Counted from the stretch's first letter, positions 8,607-22,100 are shown. The stretch is 64,000 nt of DNA from a virus (IMGVR_UViG_3300028197_001738:31664-95663); one strand, 5' to 3'. Notes: generated by a model from the sequence alone, not told the origin. Program-made: numbers and translations.

Positions 8607-11600
8607 TTAATCTCCAGTATATTCATGAGGAATCATGAAAGCATCGAATTCTGACACTATCTGTCCTTGCTCCCTATTTTCTGCTCCATCAACACTTCCC
8701 ATATATGCTCTATACGATAACTCATTAAGAAGTTGCATTAATCTAGTATTGCTAGTTTTTTGCAGATTAGAATCTTCATCAAACTCATAACATTGCCACA
8801 TATAGGGAAAGTTATACAAATATCCTTGAGCTATTGTTGTTTGTATAGGTTGAAGAGGTGCAACTCTTGAGTCTTGTCTGTATTCTGTAACATCTCCATA
8901 TCTATAAAGAGTAGCAAGCAAGTCTACTCCTCTTAAGCTCCTGGGTATTTTTCTAAACTTTACTCTTAAATCTTTAGTATTATCTAGATTAAAAATGTTT
9001 GTCACCCTTGATGGAGCACCCACTCTCAAACCATCGTCTTCTGGATCTAAAGCTGATAGTAGCCCCAAGCCTCCTGGAGAACCATCAGTGCAAGCAGGAT
9101 CATCCCCAATTCCTAATACGGAATTGACATCTGCTGAATAATCATTTCCTATTAATCCTTCTTCAATTGCTTTTTTGGGAGGCAAAATGTTAGAAGCTGG
9201 TAAAGCTACTTCATAATATTCTCTAACCAAAACGATATAATTCTGTGAAGCATTTGAGCCGATATCTTGTGTTGTTGGCATATAAAAAGTTCTAAAAACA
9301 TCATATGTTGCCCAACCAGCAATAGATGGATATTTCTTTTCTAATTCTTCTTTTTGTTTTTGTACTGTTTCTTCTGGTATTGTATACGTAGGAGATAGTG
9401 TTTGACGAAAATCAACTGAACCGATTGGATTATCACCGAACTCTAATTGTTCTACTCCTTCGTCCCCCGCTGAGAAACCTCCACCATAAGCAAACTGAGG
9501 ACACACATTATTATCAATTTGACCTTCTTGACCTTGAAGATTGGGATCTAAAAATGCACAACTAGTTACTGTTTTAATTAGAACTTTAGGTCGGAGTTCT
9601 TCTGCAATAGAGCATGATTGCTTGGGATCAATATTTATCCAGTATAGATTATTATTTATTGAGTAATCTACATCATAAGTATTTATATTATTATCAGTAA
9701 CAGATAATGTCGCTACAACATGAGAAGTAACATCCTCCTCAGCTATTTGTAACAATAGTCTTTTCAAAGAATTTCCTTCTGCGCATAATTTTTCTATATT
9801 ATCAGACAACTTTATTAAAGCATTTACTTCATCTGAATCTTTGGAATTATCATAATACAACAAGGCTGTCGATATCGAAGGTTCTAATTTAAAAAACTTG
9901 CGTATTTCTTCCATAGATAATTTTTCTGGAATAATAGACTCGGTGACCTCTCCGTCTAAAGTTTCTAATCTTTTGTTGATATCACTCTTGGTATTTCCAT
10001 ATAGATTAACCTTATTAGATATAGTCATATCTCCTTGAAACATTAATTGATAATCAGACCAAAGATCTTCTTCATATATATCATTAAAATCTTTATTTTT
10101 TATATAAATAATTTCATGCTTTTTATTCTGGTATTTATAATCTTTATATTTATTTTCAAAAGTCTCTTTTATCTCTGCTAAAGTATCAGGAGTTACAATA
10201 TCGCTATCTATTACTCTTTTTTTCTTTTCTTCTTCTCTGTCATCAAAAACTTCTTGAAAATTTAATAATTCATTAATACTACAACTGAAACCCCTTGTTT
10301 TCGATTTTATAAAATCAGAAAAAGAGCTAGTATTCTTATCATATAATAATATTTTATTGTATTTAAATTTATTATTATCTCTATTATTGTATATTTCATA
10401 CAACTTTTTAATTTTATTGACTTTGTCAAACTCATTTACAAAAAACTTATTATGTAATAAAGATATGTCTCCATAGCTACCACGACTAAATAAATTATTT
10501 TTTGGTGGATATATAGGGTGTTTGGCAGAAGTCCATTGATCATCGTAGCTTGAATCATTAATCTCTCCGTCGAATTTAAACTGATTAGTAGGATCTGATC
10601 CTATATTTTCTTCATCTTCCAAAGTATCTGCAATACTCGTAACAGGATCGATAATTGCTATTACGCTATTATCAAGACTCATGACTTTATTTCTGCCTAC
10701 TAGAGTGTCTCCCTGTGCTGGGCAGAATACTCCTTCTTTTTCATCAGAAAGGGCAAATATAGAAACATGCTTATTGTCTAATATAATTTTTGCTTTACCT
10801 AATATTGTAGCTGTTGTTTCTTCAAAATCTCCTGTGCTATCTATAATGTTCATATCTTCATCAACATCATATAGATCATAAGGTATAGAATTTTCTATTT
10901 TTATAACAGTTATATTACATCTATTACCGATAGCACTATATGTATCATCATCGAATATGTGATATGCACTACCTATATTACTATTTAATAAATCTATTGT
11001 TTCACTACCTGGTTCATACAGTTCGGACTTACTGGAAACAATCGAATATTCAAAATTAGATAATAGTATTTCTAAATCCGTAGACCCATTAGAAATAGGA
11101 GTAATGTCTCTAAGCATAGTTTTAATTCTGGGAGTATTAGATAGTCTAAAGATAGATGCTTCAAGATTATACCAAAAAGCACCATCCTTACTAACATTAA
11201 GCAAAATTTTATCTCCAGACCCAAACTGGTATCCATCATGATTAAGAGCATATATTTCTCCTTGCTTTCTATCAGCACCTCTCCATTTTCGTGTTTGAGA
11301 AAAGTAATCAAATATTTGTCCATAAGCAGAATTACTAGCAGACCCCGCTATACTAGCCCCAGCAGCAGCAGCACCAGCACCAGCAAAACCCAAACCTGCC
11401 CCAGCAGCACCTGCAGCAAGTATAGAGACCGTTGCGGAGCTTGGAAATTCGGGAGGTCCAGCAATTGCAATATCTGTTTTAAAAGGATTGTCTGTGTTAT
11501 TCGGACAGGGTGTGAAGTCTTGAATATATTGAAAAGGAGCATTAACATTAGCCAAAGGCATTAGTTCTAGCATTCCTGTAAGGTCAGCAATAAAACTATT

Positions 11601-14600
11601 ACCATAATACCCACTATCTTTATTTATTGGTTGTGTTTGATAGTCTATGAATCCCAGGATATCACTACCACTTCCATAGTGTTCGCTATCATTACTTGTT
11701 GGAACTGGTTTGGTTTCGGAATCTACATGTAAAATAGTTTCCCATGTGCATAAAGTGCTGAATTTTTGTGTAGACGTAACTTTACTGCTGGGCTGTGTAA
11801 AATTATTGTATAAAACATTACTTTTAACATTATCGTAAGGTCCCATTAAGTCTGTTTCATTAACTACTGCTATTTTTAAACTAAATTTTGTTTGTGAATC
11901 AAAAGCATCTCCCTGCTGTTTAGGCATTTGGTCTTTACAGGGGCCAGTTTCAGGACCCGGATTGACAAAAAGAATCTTATTATGGAATTTACTGAATGTA
12001 TTGCATGGTATAGTTAGTCCATTGCGAGGTATTATTTTGTCCATGAGGTGATGATCTTCAGACGAAAATCCCATTGCTGCTGTTGTTGGTTTTAATGAGC
12101 TAAAATTATCAACAGCTGTATATCTGGTATCGAACCTACCATCAGCAGAATTATTAGTTTCAGCATTATCAGAAAATTTTAAAGATAAATTAAATTCGTT
12201 ATTTTTTACGTATTCCTGATTCAAAAGCATTAACTTAAAAGGTTTTTGAGGAGCAGTGGAATTTATAGTTGTTAGTTCAGTTAAATAACTTTTAAGTAAT
12301 TCTACATCTACATGTCCTTCAATAGTTTCTTTAATTCCTGTGTTTGAAAAATAGTCTTCTAATTGTTTTTTAATATTACTATCAGTATTAGACCATTTTA
12401 TATCCGTTGATTGATACTGAGTAGAGCTACTAAAAACCTGATCTAAAAATGGCTCGTCAACATTTATTAAGTCAGGATATTTAAGTTCTCTCTTACCCCG
12501 GCCCTTTTGAGCATCTATTTCTTTTTCTGACAATTCTGCTTCTAGCCATATTACTAAATCTTGAGTATTTACATAGTTAAAAAATCTTAAATTTACTTCT
12601 AAGTCTTTTATTTGGAAAGAATTAACTCTAGGGTCTCTTAATTCTAAATCAGAATCCATATCATCTTCGGGAAGTCCTCCCTTTCTTAGTAGTTCTTCCA
12701 ATTCTGGAGATAAATCTTTTAGATTGTTAGCTGGTCCAGTAACTCCAAATTCATATAATGTTTCATAATCGAGAGAACTATTTTCTTTTGTTGTTATAAA
12801 AAATTCATCATTCACATCATAATTTAGAGAAAGAGTTCTTTCCATTTGTTTAGGATAGCCACCAGCCAACATTCTATAACCATGAGTAGACTCATATTGA
12901 ATTTCAGATCCGCTTGTCATAACCTTTTTATTCGTATTATAGGCATCTGCATATTCTTTATGCAACTGATTGATAGTGTTTTGAAATCGCATTCTCTTAT
13001 TAAAACTGTTCCCTGCTGCCCCACCTCCTTGAGCAGGGGGACACTCGCACAGAGGATCCCACCGAACACCCTTAGCTATTCCTAAACTTACAGTACTAGT
13101 AAATATCTTAGGACTATTGTATGTGACGCCTCCTAAATTTATAATACTACTACTGTCAATATTTAATTTAGGTCCATTAAAAGTAAATGAATCTCTAGCT
13201 CCGGGGTTGAATTTTAAAACAGAAGATTTGTTGATATCTATTCCGTCAACCCATCCACTATTAGGAATAAACGAACCCTTTTTAAAATTTACGTAAAAAT
13301 CTCGACTGTCCACACTATCTATTATAGCATCGCTAGCTTTAGGATAACATAACTTATGCCTAGGAATATTTGCACTTTCTTCTTCATCTTCTTGAGCCTG
13401 AGGGCCAGATTGAGCATCTGCGATGTTATTATTTATTTCTTTGGATTTGGCTAGTTCACTAAGATCGTCCAAAGGATATCCAGTAATCGGAGGATATGTT
13501 ATATCGAGTCCTAAAGCAACATCAGGTAATTCTAATTCGTTGTGAAAATTTGTTTTTTGCTCACTATCTAGACTATTATAACCCCCATAAGATCTTAACG
13601 GGCTACCACGATCAGTAGAGAATGTAGTCAATCCAAAAGTTTTAGTTTGACGTTCGTCCGGCATTGCTGCTAAAGCAAAACCTAAATAATTATTGGTATA
13701 GCCAAGCGTATTTCCTGTAACACCTTGACCAGCAGCTCTTCTTTCATATGCAGATATTGTGTTTGAAAATAGAGATAAACAATCCGAACATTCTGTACTT
13801 CCATTCCTGACTTTTTCTACAATAATTCTATCTACATAGACTCTAATGTCGCTGTTGTTCATATTGTATTTAACATTATATAATGAACCGCTAGTTTCTC
13901 CTGTATTAATTAATACTTTACCACCATCTGTTTCGTCAATGGCATTAAATATAAATTTACTTCCTGATAATTGCATAACTGTAGATGAGAGAAAAGCACT
14001 TTCGACAACCTTAAAATTTGTAGAGACAGGCCAAACAGCACCTTCTGCTTTAAATGCTACCTTAGTCATTGATCCAGCTACAACTTTTATCCCCCTAGGA
14101 TTTAGAGCAATCGGATTTCTTTGAGCTCTAAAAAATTTATTATACTTATTGATGAGAACATTAGTATTAACTATTTCTCTTGTTCTATTCATATAGTTAT
14201 CATAGCTATAAGTGGCTGTCTCGTTTTTTTCTGTTTCTACGATAAAAGTTTTATATTTAACATGAACACCAAAAGGACCAGATATAGTACACTTAACCGT
14301 GATGGCCCCATAATCAGAAGGCAATATATCAACTATATCGGCTGTAGAAGTATTATATAAAGTTCTCTTTCCTGTTCCAGAAATATTTGTGTCTGTAAAT
14401 TTAATCTCTGGTCCACTAACATGCTCCCATAAAACACCAAAGTCACTTAGCGCTTCATTGCTAGCGAGGAAGAAGGTCCAATCTTCCCTCCCAACCATAA
14501 CTGCTTGAGAAAGAATAGGGAAAAATGCAGATAAGCTAATAATTGGTGCGTTAATTTCTTCAGCAGGTCTAGGATCATCCGATGACAAAACCTGAGGAAA

Positions 14601-16181
14601 TGCTGGATTATTATCAATAGACGATTCTCCTGGTAGTACTCGATCTGGGAATGAAGGATTCTGGGAAGCCGCAGGGAGAGGTATGAAAGTAAACACATTT
14701 GATAAAACCGACCAAGGAGCATCTCTTGGAATCCCGTCTGTAACTACTCCAGAGTCTGTCGTATTATCATAAGCCATAGCTATATTTATATTGAGTCGAG
14801 GTCCCCAATATGGCTCTATTCCATCATATAGAGGTATCCTGTTTTCTGCAATTTTGTCTCCTTTAACTTTTGATACAATATTCAGTTCGGCATAAGGATT
14901 GAATTCAGGGTTGTCGTTATTTATCTTGGATAATATTGTAATATTCTTGGTTTCAAATTGTTGAGTTGCTGTTACTGTTTGACCCAAAGAGCTAGCGTTA
15001 TTAGTAACAAGATCAGAAACTTGGGTAATGGCAATATTGTCTCCATTTTTTATATCAAAACTACCCAAGTTAACTGTACCTCCATCTCTTAACGCCAATT
15101 TTGCTCCATACTTATGAAATAATTTATTGAATACCTGATCTGGAGTTCTTAGTATACCTCTAGTAGGTAAAGGGTTTTCATTCTGTGTGCCTGTGTCTTG
15201 ATTTAAATTTAGGTCTGTATTTAAAGATGCTGAATTTAACTCAGCACTAATGTAAGATAACGCTGTCTTTAAATTCGTATCTCCGTTAAGAAAATTATTT
15301 TTGATATTTTTTATTGAATCTAGACGCAAAGCTTCGATATGAAAATTAGAAACTAAAGGACTACTAGCCAAATATTTTGATAAGTTTTTTAGTCTTCTAC
15401 GATATTGCGCGTCTCCAAGTACCAATTTCCGCAGATCATATGTTATAGCATTATATATAGCATTATAAGATTTATACAGTGCTGGTGATATAAAACTTTT
15501 GTCTGGCAGACCCACAGCCTGATTCTCTGTATAAGAAAAAACATCTCCATCAGGTATCCATAATTCTGTGGTTGTCTCATTTAAATAAAGCTTATAGCTT
15601 TCTTCATTATATTTAGGCCCCAGTATTTCTGAAGCCTCTTTTACAGCGGAATTTTCTATTATTGGAGTATCAGATGTTGATGATAAAACCCTATCTTCTG
15701 GAAGTTTTATAAAAGGACCATTTCCATCGCTTGTATAAAATGGAATATGGGTTGCTAAATTTTCCCAACTAAAAAATCTTTCTTCACTGTTATCAACTAA
15801 TTTTCTTGACCAATACATCAAGCCTTCTGTAACAGTAAATGGGAATTCATAACTATTTAGTCTCCAGCATATGGACATATAACCATCAGAATATCCAAAA
15901 TTACGAAAGTCTGGATTAAAAGTTACATAATCATTAATTCCTATAGAGTTTTTATTGTATACTCCTCTATTGCTTATTTTTTGAATATCACTATTAGCAG
16001 AAAGAAGTGTCGGAGTCCAATGTTCTTTTGGCTGCAAAGAAGGTAATAACGTGTTATCAATTGAGATATTAGAGACACTACCATCAAACCAATCCTCTAT
16101 GGTTTCTTTAGCACTGCTAACTTCCGGTTTAATTAAATCATCAGACAGATAACTGTCGACGATAGTACAATCTGCTACCAT
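8607..16181 (-). CDS. Very large virion tail-tip/baseplate protein (PKD-like segment, expanded P-domain, Gly/Ala hydrophobic segment)
   Basis: 2524 aa, distal to the TMP; WEHVSGP (PKD-like); IKDLEVNL...TQDLVIWL...CTWETILH (proprotein convertase P-domain-like). Confidence 0.6.
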   Translation of the reverse strand: MVADCTIVDSYLSDDLIKPEVSSAKETIEDWFDGSVSNISIDNTLLPSLQPKEHWTPTLLSANSDIQKISNRGVYNKNSIGINDYVTFNPDFRNFGYSDGYMSICWRLNSYEFPFTVTEGLMYWSRKLVDNSEERFFSWENLATHIPFYTSDGNGPFIKLPEDRVLSSTSDTPIIENSAVKEASEILGPKYNEESYKLYLNETTTELWIPDGDVFSYTENQAVGLPDKSFISPALYKSYNAIYNAITYDLRKLVLGDAQYRRRLKNLSKYLASSPLVSNFHIEALRLDSIKNIKNNFLNGDTNLKTALSYISAELNSASLNTDLNLNQDTGTQNENPLPTRGILRTPDQVFNKLFHKYGAKLALRDGGTVNLGSFDIKNGDNIAITQVSDLVTNNASSLGQTVTATQQFETKNITILSKINNDNPEFNPYAELNIVSKVKGDKIAENRIPLYDGIEPYWGPRLNINIAMAYDNTTDSGVVTDGIPRDAPWSVLSNVFTFIPLPAASQNPSFPDRVLPGESSIDNNPAFPQVLSSDDPRPAEEINAPIISLSAFFPILSQAVMVGREDWTFFLASNEALSDFGVLWEHVSGPEIKFTDTNISGTGKRTLYNTSTADIVDILPSDYGAITVKCTISGPFGVHVKYKTFIVETEKNETATYSYDNYMNRTREIVNTNVLINKYNKFFRAQRNPIALNPRGIKVVAGSMTKVAFKAEGAVWPVSTNFKVVESAFLSSTVMQLSGSKFIFNAIDETDGGKVLINTGETSGSLYNVKYNMNNSDIRVYVDRIIVEKVRNGSTECSDCLSLFSNTISAYERRAAGQGVTGNTLGYTNNYLGFALAAMPDERQTKTFGLTTFSTDRGSPLRSYGGYNSLDSEQKTNFHNELELPDVALGLDITYPPITGYPLDDLSELAKSKEINNNIADAQSGPQAQEDEEESANIPRHKLCYPKASDAIIDSVDSRDFYVNFKKGSFIPNSGWVDGIDINKSSVLKFNPGARDSFTFNGPKLNIDSSSIINLGGVTYNSPKIFTSTVSLGIAKGVRWDPLCECPPAQGGGAAGNSFNKRMRFQNTINQLHKEYADAYNTNKKVMTSGSEIQYESTHGYRMLAGGYPKQMERTLSLNYDVNDEFFITTKENSSLDYETLYEFGVTGPANNLKDLSPELEELLRKGGLPEDDMDSDLELRDPRVNSFQIKDLEVNLRFFNYVNTQDLVIWLEAELSEKEIDAQKGRGKRELKYPDLINVDEPFLDQVFSSSTQYQSTDIKWSNTDSNIKKQLEDYFSNTGIKETIEGHVDVELLKSYLTELTTINSTAPQKPFKLMLLNQEYVKNNEFNLSLKFSDNAETNNSADGRFDTRYTAVDNFSSLKPTTAAMGFSSEDHHLMDKIIPRNGLTIPCNTFSKFHNKILFVNPGPETGPCKDQMPKQQGDAFDSQTKFSLKIAVVNETDLMGPYDNVKSNVLYNNFTQPSSKVTSTQKFSTLCTWETILHVDSETKPVPTSNDSEHYGSGSDILGFIDYQTQPINKDSGYYGNSFIADLTGMLELMPLANVNAPFQYIQDFTPCPNNTDNPFKTDIAIAGPPEFPSSATVSILAAGAAGAGLGFAGAGAAAAGASIAGSASNSAYGQIFDYFSQTRKWRGADRKQGEIYALNHDGYQFGSGDKILLNVSKDGAFWYNLEASIFRLSNTPRIKTMLRDITPISNGSTDLEILLSNFEYSIVSSKSELYEPGSETIDLLNSNIGSAYHIFDDDTYSAIGNRCNITVIKIENSIPYDLYDVDEDMNIIDSTGDFEETTATILGKAKIILDNKHVSIFALSDEKEGVFCPAQGDTLVGRNKVMSLDNSVIAIIDPVTSIADTLEDEENIGSDPTNQFKFDGEINDSSYDDQWTSAKHPIYPPKNNLFSRGSYGDISLLHNKFFVNEFDKVNKIKKLYEIYNNRDNNKFKYNKILLYDKNTSSFSDFIKSKTRGFSCSINELLNFQEVFDDREEEKKKRVIDSDIVTPDTLAEIKETFENKYKDYKYQNKKHEIIYIKNKDFNDIYEEDLWSDYQLMFQGDMTISNKVNLYGNTKSDINKRLETLDGEVTESIIPEKLSMEEIRKFFKLEPSISTALLYYDNSKDSDEVNALIKLSDNIEKLCAEGNSLKRLLLQIAEEDVTSHVVATLSVTDNNINTYDVDYSINNNLYWINIDPKQSCSIAEELRPKVLIKTVTSCAFLDPNLQGQEGQIDNNVCPQFAYGGGFSAGDEGVEQLEFGDNPIGSVDFRQTLSPTYTIPEETVQKQKEELEKKYPSIAGWATYDVFRTFYMPTTQDIGSNASQNYIVLVREYYEVALPASNILPPKKAIEEGLIGNDYSADVNSVLGIGDDPACTDGSPGGLGLLSALDPEDDGLRVGAPSRVTNIFNLDNTKDLRVKFRKIPRSLRGVDLLATLYRYGDVTEYRQDSRVAPLQPIQTTIAQGYLYNFPYMWQCYEFDEDSNLQKTSNTRLMQLLNELSYRAYMGSVDGAENREQGQIVSEFDAFMIPHEYTGD

Positions 16182-16198
16182 TTTTATTCTATCCTACT

Positions 16199-19100
16199 TT
16201 AATTCATAGATGTTAATGTCCATGATCCGTCTATAAAAGAAAAAACTCCAGGGGCTCCTGAATAAACTTTAAAATCTAATGGGTTATTAAAATTAACTAC
16301 CAAATCACTGCTTACTGCTCCTGTTTTAGATTTAGCATATGCTGTATCAATATTAGCCTCTCCATTATTTATAACTCCTAGGGCCACTATATTAGGCTTG
16401 CTAATAGGTTCATAATAACCAAGATCAGGATTATACCTACACAATAACCTAACACCAGCAGGAGCACTGTATCCTGCTCTATCTATAACATATACTAGTC
16501 TTCTAAACCCCTTAGGTAAAGGTTCAGTTATATATTCTAAATCATCAATATATCCCCTAACAACATTAGTATAGAAAAATATATCAGGATCTCTAATTAG
16601 ATCTTGTTCTAACGTAATATATACCATTTTATATGGGCATCCGCTATCAGTTTTTTCACTAATATAATCAGCTAATGTAGAGTTGTCAATTTTATTAGTA
16701 ACAATATATGGTGGCAATAATTCTTCTCCACAGCCACCATCTCCTCCAACCCAGACTCTGCGTTCATGATCCCATCGCAAGTCTACAGGACCAACAGGCC
16801 AAGTATCAGGTTTAGATGCCCAATTTTCACTAAAATACTTACTAGGTTTTTTACTCATAACCCATTGACTACCGTCCCATGAATATCTTTTTGTAATAAT
16901 ATCCCCTAAATGAAGCAAGAAAAAAGGATTATCTTTTGTTTTCCTTATTGGTTCAAATGCTCCTGGATGTGTCATATCATTGAATCCTTTTCCGTCCAAC
17001 TTAAATCTTTTCGGTCTTCCTTTTTCATCTATTTCTAGCGGCTCATCACTATAATTAGGTATGGGGTAACCATCTTTATCATACCCCCATCCGTGAACCA
17101 TTAAGGGACCTCTTAGCGAAAAGAATCTTTGATTATTTAAGAAAAGTGTTCCTTCTGCCTCTTTTGATTCAAAATCAAATTCTTCAAAAGCAGGAGGTAT
17201 CGTTGAACTCTGAGTGTTTCTGCCGTGGAAATTATCAAGATTTGCTTCTATACCAGGAAGTTGTTGACCTCTACCAACAACTCTAATACTATGTGTATCA
17301 GGAATATTCCCGGATGGATACGCATTAGGATTAGCAAATTCTCCACGAGGAACAACCACAGGATTTAAAGAATAAAAATTTATACCTATATCTTTAGATT
17401 TAGGATCAGAGTTTAATACTACACGAGGAGCCTTGTCTTTAGTTGGTTTCTCGTCTAAGAATTTATCATAAGACACTCTAGAAGCATTACAGTTTGGACA
17501 AGCATACTTAACAGTTTGTCTATCTTCGGAATTAGGATAATTCACAAACGTATCTTCAATATATCCGACATTTTTACATATGTGACAATAAGCTTTGGTT
17601 GCATAGCCGTCAAGTACTGCAGGTATGTTTCCACTTTCTAATGTAGCAAGCCTTGTTTGTGCTGTTGTGAAATTTGATAAATTGTGTGTAGAATGATAGG
17701 ATGTAGCATAAAAAGAAACAGGAGATAATAAACCGTCTAGGCTCATAGCAGATTTAACATTATAGCCTTGCAATAATTCTGGACCTACTTCTTCAGCCAT
17801 AAATAATCCAGCCCAAGATTCCATTTGTTTATTTTTAATCATTTTTTGAGCATCACTACCATTATTACTGGCCGCTATGAAATGCCTAGATGATCCTATC
17901 AATAACTCTCCTGGACTATTTCCAAACATACTATCTGAATATAAGTCAGCAGCCTCTTTTAAGACATCAGTAGTGTTTGTTTGGTTTTCTATAATAGATA
18001 AAACTTCTTCCGCTAATTGATTTGTGCTACTGTTTTGATTAGTTAGCACCTCATTACCCAGTTTCAGAAATCTTTGGTTTATTTTTTTCTGAGTATCAGA
18101 CAGTTCTTTGTTATAACTACCCATTTTTGGATTGTAGGAGCCAATATTATATGAGGTAGTCACTCCTTCTGTAGCGACCGAAATATTAATACCTTGAACA
18201 AAAGGATATCCTTGATTATATGTAGAGCTTTGATCTAAAAATGTACATTTAAAATCCTGACTTACAAAACCTCCTTGCGTATTATAATCTTGCATTTTTA
18301 TGGATTCAGTATCAACAGAATAAGGAGATACCAAAGTATTAGCGCTAGTAGAAAATTGAGACCCTATAGTAAAAATAGGAGGTCCTAAAATTTTAACAGA
18401 ACCATTTTCTTCTGTAGTCAAATAATTTTCTTTGGCATTTATATCCCAAATAACGGCTTTGTCAAGTAAAGAGGTTCCTCCATAATTCCAAGGAACGTAG
18501 TCACTGTTGCTCTCTACAGTAATATTGTCTACTAAGTTTTCTACGATAGTGTCAGGATTGTTTACATAGCTCCATATATTGTTTTTATTTAAATCTGGAT
18601 AGTTTGCCCACGGACCATAAACATATCTATTGCTTTCTACTGGAATAGCAGCAAAAAACGGCTGTGCTGCTTTTGCTCCCATTTTCCTGTGATTGGCTGA
18701 TACGTTAGTTTTGGAACCTTTTTCTAGTAAATTACCTTCTTTGATTACCGGTGTAAGAAAATTACTTTCTAGATATTCCATATGATCATATTCGTCTTGT
18801 GTTAAGTCAAAACCGGTCCCAACTAATTCAGGTTCTCCATTCTCATCTATTCTATATTTTCTTGCTGCTCCTGTTGCGTATCTATAAAAAGATATATCTT
18901 CACTGGCAACATTAGGCATCACGTAACCGTTTGGATCATGCTCATAGGCATAAGTAGTTGTGTTTAATTCAATTCTATTACCAATAGAAATAATAGCTCT
19001 AGGATCACTCAAAAACTCTGGTCTGCCATATGCTATTTTAGCATTGTTGTCTATAGAAGCTTTTTTATAAAGTTTTTTGCCTCCTGCACAAGGATCTGCG

Positions 19101-22100
19101 TCTGCGCCATAAGCAGAAACAAAACCTACATTATAAGGAACAACAACATGCTCTTTGCTATCTCCAGCTGTTGACCATTTAATAGAAGGAATTAAGAAAC
19201 TGTCTTCATTAACAAATACTTTAGCTGTCGCATTTAAATTACCGTTGTTTTGCTCTAATGCTTCTTCGGCTGTGCATTCTATGGCAGCAGGCATATCTGC
19301 TGTTACTGCCGCTGCCTGTCTTTTTAAAGCTTGAAATTTTTTAAAACCTTTGAATGTCTCCTCGTCCATCCCTACGAAACTCTGCTTTAAGTACTCATCA
19401 GTTTCACTACCTGTTAATTCTAGGTATCCATCAAGTGCGCAAGTCAGAACGATATTGGGTGCTCCATTATCCATCGTTTGAGGACAAACTATTCTAAATG
19501 TCCAATTGCTTAAAGGTCCAACAAAAGGTTGTCTTATAAATTGAACTTGTTCAAGCACGACCAACTCTACAAATAATTCATTAATTGCTTGGGCTCTTAT
19601 CCCTGATAGTTTTTTAGCTTTTTCTAAAGCACTAAGAGCACACCATGCTTTTTTAGTATAATCAACTTTATCGCTAACATTAAATCCTAACAGAGGAGGT
19701 ATCATACCCTGTTCATCTGTTAGAGCTGACCAGTAAGCTCCTCCTACCATAACTCCATCATCAATGAAATTACCTGGCTCTTCCCATGCTGATCTAGCTA
19801 AAGAATATTCACTAAATGTTTTGGCGCTACCTGAATAAACAAAAAGATCTCCTCCTCTAAAACCAGGTATATTAAAATTAGAGTACGCCTGATCTCTATA
19901 GCTTTGCATATATGGAATTTTAACCATATATTTTTTACCATAATACTTACTAGCCAAAGTAGAAAGAAAATTAGTTAATATTTTAAGGTCATTAATAAAA
20001 CCAGGATGCATAAGCATAGAAAAATTAATATCTGATATTTTGCTTTTTTGAGCACCTTTTCTTTTACCTGGTCCTCCACCAGCATTTGCAACATTATTAT
20101 CATTACCATGAGCTGCTAATTCTGAGGGAGATCTTGTCAGACCTTTCTTATTAGACACAACACCACTTGATATTTGAACACCTTTATCTTGCCAGCATTC
20201 TAATAACATTAAAAATAAATCTGGTTTTGTGCTTGGCATTTTAGCCAAACAATATTTTAAATAACTTTCCCAACCAGACATAGCAGCTCGAAGCTCTGAT
20301 TCTGTTACCAAAAATCCAGTACCTTTAAAATTTATTTCTCTTTTTAATTCAGGAGTTATATTTGGTTGAGTAGGGGGTACTCCTGTAGGAGGTATAGTTT
20401 CAGGATTTCCAGGACTATCACCACCAGATGCTAAGTCATCAGGGTCTTGATCAAGCCCTTTGTCGGTTCCAGGTAAAGCTCCACTATCTTTACCGAAAAA
20501 AGCTTTGTCATAAACAGAAACTAAAGGACCACAACTAACCGGAGGCAATTCATTTATATCAAAAGCTACACATAATTGACCTGTCCAACTATCTAGCCAA
20601 ACAGGTCTAATATAATTATGCATGTTCGAGTCTTGCGAGACCGGGAAAGTTCTATCATATTTAAAACCGAAAAAAGGACAAATAGAGTCTTTAAATATAG
20701 GTATATATCTATTAGATTGGTCGATATTTGTTATAGTTGTCTCTGAACCTGAACTACCAAGGGTTCCTAGACTTCCAAAGAGAGCGGTTCCAAGAAGACC
20801 GCCACTAAAAAGACTACCTATAGACGGTGTTGTTTGTGTATCGGCTTGCTTAAATACTCCCAATAAAGTTAATGGACTCCCAACTGCTGTAAAACCAACA
20901 ACATTGTTGCCTATGTTGCCAGCTAAACCAATTCCAGGAAGTTTAGCGGCATCAGTAATATTATCTATAATAGGTAGCCCGGTGTTTTCATCTATAGCAA
21001 AGTCTTTATTACTATAAACATCTAAACAACTTGCGTCTCTAGAAAATACGGTGTCGTCCACCCAAAGATTGTTTGGATCAGTAAACGAATTTCCAGTAAT
21101 AAACTTTCTTACTTTTTCGTCGGTATCTATAATAGCATTATAATTACCGTGAATTTGATCTCCTAATTGTGGATTTCTGGTCGATGTCGCCATAGGAACT
21201 TTGTATTTGTCCGTAACAATATCGTCGAATCTTCTAAAATTAATAAACTCTGCAGTAACTGGATTCCATATATAATTATCTTGATTGAAAGCTAATCTAT
21301 AATTTTTAACTTGATATATTCTTTTTTGCTTACCTCCTATCATTACTGATCTAACATTAGCTTCTTTATTTTTTCTTTGACCAGAAGAACTAGATGTAGC
21401 AGCATACCCACTATTTACTAATTCGTTAACAACATAATTGATTGTATATGGCTTTATATAATTTTCTTTAGGTACAGCTTTTACTTTTAATATATTATAA
21501 GGATTACTCTGTTGCACTAAAGATTCAGCAAAGACCCAATAATTTTGTTGACCATTCAGTTCTAGCATTTGGTTTAAAAAATCACTAATTCTTAAAATCC
21601 CACCCTTAGCCTCTACTCTAAAATCATCAGGAGGTATTTCTATTTCAGATAGATCTAAAGCAAATTCTGTTCTAGGGATACCATTATGATCGAGTGTTGG
21701 AGGTATAACCCCAAAAGCATTATTTCGAAAAGAAGTTTGAATATTTAGATATCCCGTACTTTCAACTTTCTGCATCACTTTTGATAGTATTCTGCCAAAA
21801 GGAGAAAACATATTTTTAGATTGCCATTTTAATTGACTCTTATCTGTAGAAGAAGTCAAAACCTTTAAAGCCTGCAATGCTAATCTGTAGGATATTCCTT
21901 TTTCATTCTTATTTGCTCCTCCAAAACCAGCAGGACCTAACGAATCAAGGAAACCATAGGCATTAAAAGTGTTATGTAAATTTCCAGATTTTATATTCGC
22001 CGTAGCGTCCAATGAACCTGCATAATTTCTTGGTGCTCCATAAATATCGCCAGGAGCCATAGAGAATACTGTTCCTGCGTATTGATCTAAAATAATATGA

